A stretch of DNA of 43,551 nt. It comes from a virus (lineage: Duplodnaviria > Heunggongvirae > Uroviricota > Caudoviricetes). The stretch is from IMG/VR virus record IMGVR_UViG_2718217869_000004. The stretch is one strand, 5' to 3'. The notes under the pieces were generated by a model. That model was given only the letters and a program-made list of their open reading frames with translations. It ran no database searches and was not told the DNA's origin. Numbering within the stretch: the first letter of the stretch is position 1; every line of letters starts with the position of its first letter. Positions 38,818 to 43,551 of this stretch are shown here, in pieces. A program made the position numbers and the translations under genes.

Positions 38818-39097
38818 GTTGTGGTGAATGCGGCTCAGCGCACGCGGGTTAAGGTTGAGGCTGACAGTCGACCTTCTGTGGATACCCACCCGCCTGGTGT
38901 GCAACCTTCGCCAGGCACCGGGAGGCACCCGGCACCACAACTTTATGCTGTGTGTAGTCCTGGCGGTACCAGTTTGTACACTTGCTTCCGGCTGGTACCG
39001 CTCTTTTTACAAAACAGAGAAGAGCATCACCGGACGACGGGCTCATAACCCAATCCATCCGGGCGGCTGCCACCGCAGGTGTTCTTCTCTGTTTTGT
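38818..39097. ncRNA. Candidate structured non-coding RNA or DNA element (GC-rich, multi-hairpin), upstream of the yfdP-like gene
   Basis: No credible ORF; 9-bp helix GTTGTGGTG/CACCACAAC (38818-38826 with 38934-38942) enclosing sub-hairpins, 10-bp perfect stem 38963-38972/38992-39001, 18-bp stem 39009-39026/39080-39097. Confidence 0.35.
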
Positions 39098-39145
39098 GGA
39101 GAAACTAATCGGCCTTGCAGGGTCGATATGATGAGGAGCAACAAA

Positions 39146-39508
39146 ATGGCTAGCGAACGCAGTACTGATGTGCAGGCATTTATCGGGGAGCTGGACGGCG
39201 GCGTATTTGAAACAAAAATCGGCGCAGTTCTCAGTGAAGTCGCTTCCGGTGTGATGAACACGAAAACCAAAGGTAAGGTCTCACTCAACCTGGAAATCGA
39301 ACCATTTGATGAGAACCGTGTGAAAATCAAACACAAACTCTCATATGTTCGCCCGACTAACCGCGGGAAAATTTCCGAAGAAGACACCACCGAAACGCCG
39401 ATGTATGTCAATCGCGGTGGTCGCCTGACTATTCTGCAGGAAGACCAGGGGCAATTACTGACTCTTGCCGGTGAACCTGACGGAAAACTCCGCGCAGCAG
39501 GTCATTAA
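39146..39508 (+). CDS. YfdP-like phage protein (120 aa)
   Basis: ORF from MASERSTDVQAFIGELDGG...; upstream in-frame extension is GC-rich non-protein-like sequence. Confidence 0.65.
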   Translation: MASERSTDVQAFIGELDGGVFETKIGAVLSEVASGVMNTKTKGKVSLNLEIEPFDENRVKIKHKLSYVRPTNRGKISEEDTTETPMYVNRGGRLTILQEDQGQLLTLAGEPDGKLRAAGH

Positions 39509-39573
39509 TATCGTTCTTAATTAACTGATTATTTATCTCATCACTGAATATCTTTATATAGTGAGGACTTATT

Positions 39574-40398
39574 ATGTCTCAGAACTTAGACGCAACCGCA
39601 ATTAATCAAATCCATGCCCTTATTTCTGCTCAGGGTGTTAATGAAATTATCAGTAAGATTGGTGCCGATGCTGTGGCATTGCCTGAGAATTTCCGCATTC
39701 ATGATCTGGAAAAATTTAATTTAAATCGTTTCCGTTTCCGTGGTGCGCTTTCCACTGCCAGCATCGATGACTTTACCCGTTATTCTAAAGATCTTGCAGA
39801 TGAAGGCACCCGCTGCTTTATCGATGCCGATAATATGCGTGCCGTCAGTGTGCTTAACCTGGGTACTATTGATGAGCCAGGTCACGCAGATAACACTGCC
39901 ACTCTCAAACTGAAAAAGACAGCACCGTTCTCTGCTCTGTTGTCTGTTAATGGCGAGCGTAACTCCCAGAAGTCACTGGCAGAATGGATTGAAGACTGGG
40001 CCGACTACCTTGTGGGCTTTGATGCTAATGGTGACACCATTCAGGCAACCAAAGCGGCTGCGGCGATCCGTAAAATCACAATTGAAGCGAACCAGACCGC
40101 TGATTTTGAAGATAATGACTTCAGCGGCAAACGCTCCCTGATGGAGTCTGTCGAAGCGAAGACCAAAGACATTATGCCAGTGGCATTTGAATTTAAATGC
40201 GTTCCGTTTGAAAGCCTGAAAGAACGTCCGTTTAAATTACGCCTCAGCATTATCACTGGCGATCGTCCTGTACTGGTTCTGCGCATTATTCAGCTGGAAG
40301 CAGTGCAGGAAGAAATGGCTAACGAATTTCGTGATCTGCTTGTTAAGAAATTCAAGGACAGCAAAGTAGAAACCTTTATTGGTACTTTCACCGCCTGA
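39574..40398 (+). CDS. YfdQ-like protein (DUF2303 family, 274 aa)
   Basis: Full-length ORF with RBS; yfdP-yfdQ-yfdR gene order as in CPS-53-type prophages (from memory). Confidence 0.75.
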   Translation: MSQNLDATAINQIHALISAQGVNEIISKIGADAVALPENFRIHDLEKFNLNRFRFRGALSTASIDDFTRYSKDLADEGTRCFIDADNMRAVSVLNLGTIDEPGHADNTATLKLKKTAPFSALLSVNGERNSQKSLAEWIEDWADYLVGFDANGDTIQATKAAAAIRKITIEANQTADFEDNDFSGKRSLMESVEAKTKDIMPVAFEFKCVPFESLKERPFKLRLSIITGDRPVLVLRIIQLEAVQEEMANEFRDLLVKKFKDSKVETFIGTFTA

Positions 40399-40525
40399 TT
40401 TCATTACTGCAAATGCCCCTGCGGGGGCATTTATGGAAACGTAATTGACTCAATAATCGCCGGATGGTGAGGGCTTCCTTTTACCAGAATTCAGCGCGGT
40501 GCAGCGCATATACGTGGAGAACAAA

Positions 40526-41062
40526 ATGTCATTTATTAAAACTTTTTCCGGGAAGCATTTTTATTATGACAGGATAAATAAAGACGACATCGTTATTAAC
40601 GATATCGCGGTTTCTCTTTCAAATATCTGTCGCTTTGCAGGACATCTTTCACATTTCTACAGCGTCGCCCAACATGCGGTGCTTTGCAGCCAACTGGTAC
40701 CGCAGGAATTTGCTTTTGAAGCGTTAATGCATGATGCAACAGAAGCGTATTGCCAGGACATCCCCGCTCCACTGAAACGCCTTCTTCCTGACTATAAACA
40801 GATGGAAGAAAAAATAGACGCCGTAATCCGTGAGAAATACGGGTTACCCCCGGTTATGAGTACGCCCGTGAAATATGCCGATCTCATCATGCTGGCAACA
40901 GAACGCCGCGATCTCGGGCTAGATGATGGCTCTTTCTGGCCTGTGCTAGAAGGTATCCCGGCAACAGATATGTTCAAAGTGATTCCAGTGGCACCAGGGC
41001 ATGCCTACGGGATGTTTATGGAACGTTTTAAAGAGCTGCATAAGATACATAAGCAATCCTGA
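40526..41062 (+). CDS. YfdR-like HD-domain phosphohydrolase (5'-deoxynucleotidase-like)
   Basis: HD motif ...FAGHLSHFYSVAQHAV...MHDATEAY...; GGAGAA RBS before MSFIKTF start. Confidence 0.8.
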   Translation: MSFIKTFSGKHFYYDRINKDDIVINDIAVSLSNICRFAGHLSHFYSVAQHAVLCSQLVPQEFAFEALMHDATEAYCQDIPAPLKRLLPDYKQMEEKIDAVIREKYGLPPVMSTPVKYADLIMLATERRDLGLDDGSFWPVLEGIPATDMFKVIPVAPGHAYGMFMERFKELHKIHKQS

Positions 41063-41117
41063 CAGCGAAATTAACTAGTGAAATAGTTTTGTAGCAAAAG
41101 AAATGAGGTTATCAAAA

Positions 41118-41363
41118 ATGCTTCAAATGCTGACACTTGAGGAATGGGCTGCAGAAAAATTTAGGAGTAATCCTCCAAGTGTGTCCACATTGCGTCGTTA
41201 TGCTAAGCAGAATTTATTTTGTCCACCGGCAATGAAACAAGGTCGACTGTGGCGAGTACGTGAGGACGCAGAGTTAGTTGGGGAATTAGTTACTCCAGTA
41301 ATCAAGAAAAGTGATTCTATTATTCTGCAAAGGATTTTAAGCAATGGCAGCCAGACCACGTAA
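41118..41363 (+). CDS. xis: Excisionase (Xis)
   Basis: 81-aa ORF immediately upstream of and overlapping int; ...LTLEEWAAEKFRSNPPSVSTLRRYAK... excisionase-like. Confidence 0.8.
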   Translation: MLQMLTLEEWAAEKFRSNPPSVSTLRRYAKQNLFCPPAMKQGRLWRVREDAELVGELVTPVIKKSDSIILQRILSNGSQTT

Positions 41364-42471
41364 AAATAATGTTTCAGTACCTAACTTGTATCCGCTTTAT
41401 AGCAGAAAAGTAAATAAAGTCTATTGGCGATATAAGCATCCAGTGACCGGGAAATTTCATTCGTTGGGCACAAATGAAGCTGAAGCTATTGCTATTGCCA
41501 CTGAAGCTAACACTCGTCTGGCTGAGCAAAGAACCCGGCAGGTTCTAGCTATCAGTGATAGGATCGCAACCAGCAAAGGAAAAACTATAACAACATCATC
41601 ATGGTTAGAGCGTTACCAAGCTATTCAGGATGACAGGCTGAAAAGTGGTGATATAAAGCTCAACACCTATAAACAGAAAGCCAAACCAGTATCCTTGCTC
41701 AGGGAACGAGCAGGAATGAAGTTAATTTCATCCGTTGATGTAAGGGATATCGCACAATTGCTTGACGAGTATATCACTGCCGGGCAACCGAGGATGGCGC
41801 AAGTAGTCCGCTCCGTTCTAATTGATGTATTCAAGGAGGCACAACACTATGGGGAGGTCCCTCCTGGCTATAATCCAGCATTAGCGACCAAACAGCCCAG
41901 AAGAAAAATTACCCGACAACGGTTAAGTCTTGAAGAATGGCAAAAAATCTTTGATATCGCAGATGCCAGTCATCGTTATATGGGGAATGCCATGCTGTTA
42001 GCACTGGTTACCGGTCAGAGGTTAGGTGATATCTCGCGTATGAAATTTAGCGATATTTGGGATGATCATCTTCACGTCATCCAGGAAAAAACCGGGAGCA
42101 AAATCGCCATCCCGCTTTCCCTGCGCCTCAATGCAATTAACTGGAGTTTACGCGATGTAGTAGCCCGCTGCCGTGACTATGCAGTCAGCCCATACCTTGT
42201 ACATTTTTTTCGTACGACTTCACAGGCTGAACGTGGCGCGCAGGTTAAAGCCAATACATTGACGATGAATTTCACTAAAGCGAGGGATTTGGCGGGAATT
42301 GATTGGGGGGATGGAACTCCTGCAACATTCCATGAACAACGGTCTTTATCTGAACGTCTATACAAAGAACAGGGGTTAGACACACAAAAGTTGCTGGGAC
42401 ATAAATCACCTAACCAAACAGCTCGATACCATGATGATCGTGGGAAAGATTGGGTTAAAGTAGCCCTCTGA
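41344..42471 (+). CDS. int: Tyrosine integrase (lambda Int family, e14 IntE-like)
   Basis: 375 aa, MAARPRKNNVSVPNLYPLYSRKVNKVYWRYKHP...; C-terminal catalytic region ...HEQRSLSERLY...LGHKSPNQTARYHDD. Confidence 0.9.
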   Translation: MAARPRKNNVSVPNLYPLYSRKVNKVYWRYKHPVTGKFHSLGTNEAEAIAIATEANTRLAEQRTRQVLAISDRIATSKGKTITTSSWLERYQAIQDDRLKSGDIKLNTYKQKAKPVSLLRERAGMKLISSVDVRDIAQLLDEYITAGQPRMAQVVRSVLIDVFKEAQHYGEVPPGYNPALATKQPRRKITRQRLSLEEWQKIFDIADASHRYMGNAMLLALVTGQRLGDISRMKFSDIWDDHLHVIQEKTGSKIAIPLSLRLNAINWSLRDVVARCRDYAVSPYLVHFFRTTSQAERGAQVKANTLTMNFTKARDLAGIDWGDGTPATFHEQRSLSERLYKEQGLDTQKLLGHKSPNQTARYHDDRGKDWVKVAL

Positions 42472-42504
42472 CAAATGAAGGCTACTAGATAGCAGAAGAC
42501 ACAT

Positions 42505-43551
42505 TTAGCGTACCGCTGGTTCTGCTTGAGCTGGCGGATCATTAGGTATGATCAAATTAAACTGACCACGAGCAACATGTCCGTTTTCGGTCACTTCTAA
42601 ATAGCTAATTCTTACTACCTCACCAGTCACAATAGCGGAGGCAAGCGCCTGTAACTCAACCGGGCGAGCAATATCCTCAGCTACTTTTATAGTAAAACTC
42701 TCTCCATTACTGACCCGGATCACACTTAAGTTTAACTCAGAGCTTGATATTCCGGATCGAGAGAGCCCCTTAATATAAAAGTTATCAAAGCGTTCTGTTC
42801 TTTCTCTGTCAACACTTTGCCTGTTTCGATAATCCTGAAGGGCTGCACCATCATATTGTTGATTTCCGATCTTTACGGACTCAGCATCTGACGCGACCGA
42901 TTTAAGCAAAGAGGACTTTCCATCTTCACCATGTGCTTCAATTTCGCGGCTAAGACTAGTTTCTCCCCTACGTTTGACCTCTCTCCCCAACTCAAATGAG
43001 CGTGTCATACCATCTACTACCGTTTGAGTCGTCTGAGTTTGAGCATTTAAGTCTGCGGCATGATCTTGGCTATTTGTGTACAAATAATAGCAACCACCTA
43101 CCGTCAAAGCGGTAATCAGTGCTAGCAAAATTGTCATTTTCTGAACGCCAGTCATACCTTCAAACGCTCCCGTGAGGAATGCAAGAAACTGATTAATGGT
43201 ACCTGACCAGTCAGTCTCTGAATCAGTAGAACCTTCCTTTATTTTAAATATAACATCCAAAGACTGTTTATCTTCATTAGTCAGCCTTTGTAAATTTGAG
43301 GTGCCATACTTCGCCAATGCATAAGCACGTTGAAATGACTCATGCATACTCGCCAAGCCATACACCATAGAGCTAGTCAGTGAAGAATGAAATTTTTCAC
43401 CTTTTACATTGATATGAAGATTCGGCCACCCTTGAAAATCTATATCTGCAGGTATATCAGCACCGGGATGTTCGGTTTCCTTTTGTAGAAAATCATCCAC
43501 AACGTTCCAAAATGTTTCTGCATTCTCAATAACAATTGCTGCATCAGTCAT
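42505..43551 (-). CDS. Hypothetical membrane-anchored protein (at least 348 aa; N-terminus at window edge, may be truncated); AT-rich cargo next to int
   Basis: Single central hydrophobic helix MTILLALITALTVGGCYYLY between two soluble domains; convergent with int. Confidence 0.7.
   Translation of the reverse strand: MTDAAIVIENAETFWNVVDDFLQKETEHPGADIPADIDFQGWPNLHINVKGEKFHSSLTSSMVYGLASMHESFQRAYALAKYGTSNLQRLTNEDKQSLDVIFKIKEGSTDSETDWSGTINQFLAFLTGAFEGMTGVQKMTILLALITALTVGGCYYLYTNSQDHAADLNAQTQTTQTVVDGMTRSFELGREVKRRGETSLSREIEAHGEDGKSSLLKSVASDAESVKIGNQQYDGAALQDYRNRQSVDRERTERFDNFYIKGLSRSGISSSELNLSVIRVSNGESFTIKVAEDIARPVELQALASAIVTGEVVRISYLEVTENGHVARGQFNLIIPNDPPAQAEPAVR

Noticed and set aside
38828-39145. 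Long N-terminal extension of the 226-aa ORF 38828-39508, and ORFs 38698-38940, 38821-39048, 38849-39073
   Set aside because: The translations are Pro/Arg/Gly-rich with no protein-like character and coincide with stable hairpins; the credible protein starts at 39146 (MASERS...).
38818-39508. Retron (msr/msd plus reverse transcriptase) interpretation of the structured region
   Set aside because: The downstream ORF is only 120 aa with no reverse-transcriptase motifs, so a canonical retron is not supported.

Overview
Almost the whole window is one mosaic temperate-phage genome integrated at the 3' end of icd: an enlarged relative of E. coli e14 and P27/SfV-like myoviruses. An icd 3' fragment lies at 654-835 and xis/int at 41.1-42.5 kb, so the window runs from the attR side to the integrase side. 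Modules, mostly on the minus strand: lambdoid immunity/replication/Q/lysis (37.4 down to 28 kb; CI, Cro, CII-like, iteron-containing initiator, Dam methylase, RusA, KilA-N, DUF968, Q-like, holin, endolysin R, Rz/Rz1, bor), an HK97/P27-type head module (HNH, candidate cos, TerS, TerL, portal, protease, capsid; 27.2-21.2 kb), and a Mu-like contractile tail and baseplate (19.8-9.2 kb) ending in a Pin-invertible tail-fibre switch (7.6-9.9 kb). Between pin and the icd fragment is about 6 kb of accessory DNA: a dinI-like gene behind a LexA box, a UmuD/ImpA-like gene split by a (GCTG)11 tract, a yedK-like SRAP gene interrupted by IS186, an AT-rich gene flanked by 117-bp direct repeats built from a tRNA-Pro-like 3' fragment, and an AT-rich degenerate-HNH protein where e14 carries mcrA. 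Other cargo includes a P-loop ATPase moron with its own terminator between Q and the holin, a membrane protein beside int, YfdP/Q/R-like genes and a GC-rich, highly structured non-coding region. A partial IS200 abuts the icd fragment at the window start. No rRNA, intact tRNA or CRISPR array was seen. All homology calls are from reading the translations and motifs by eye; no database search was run.
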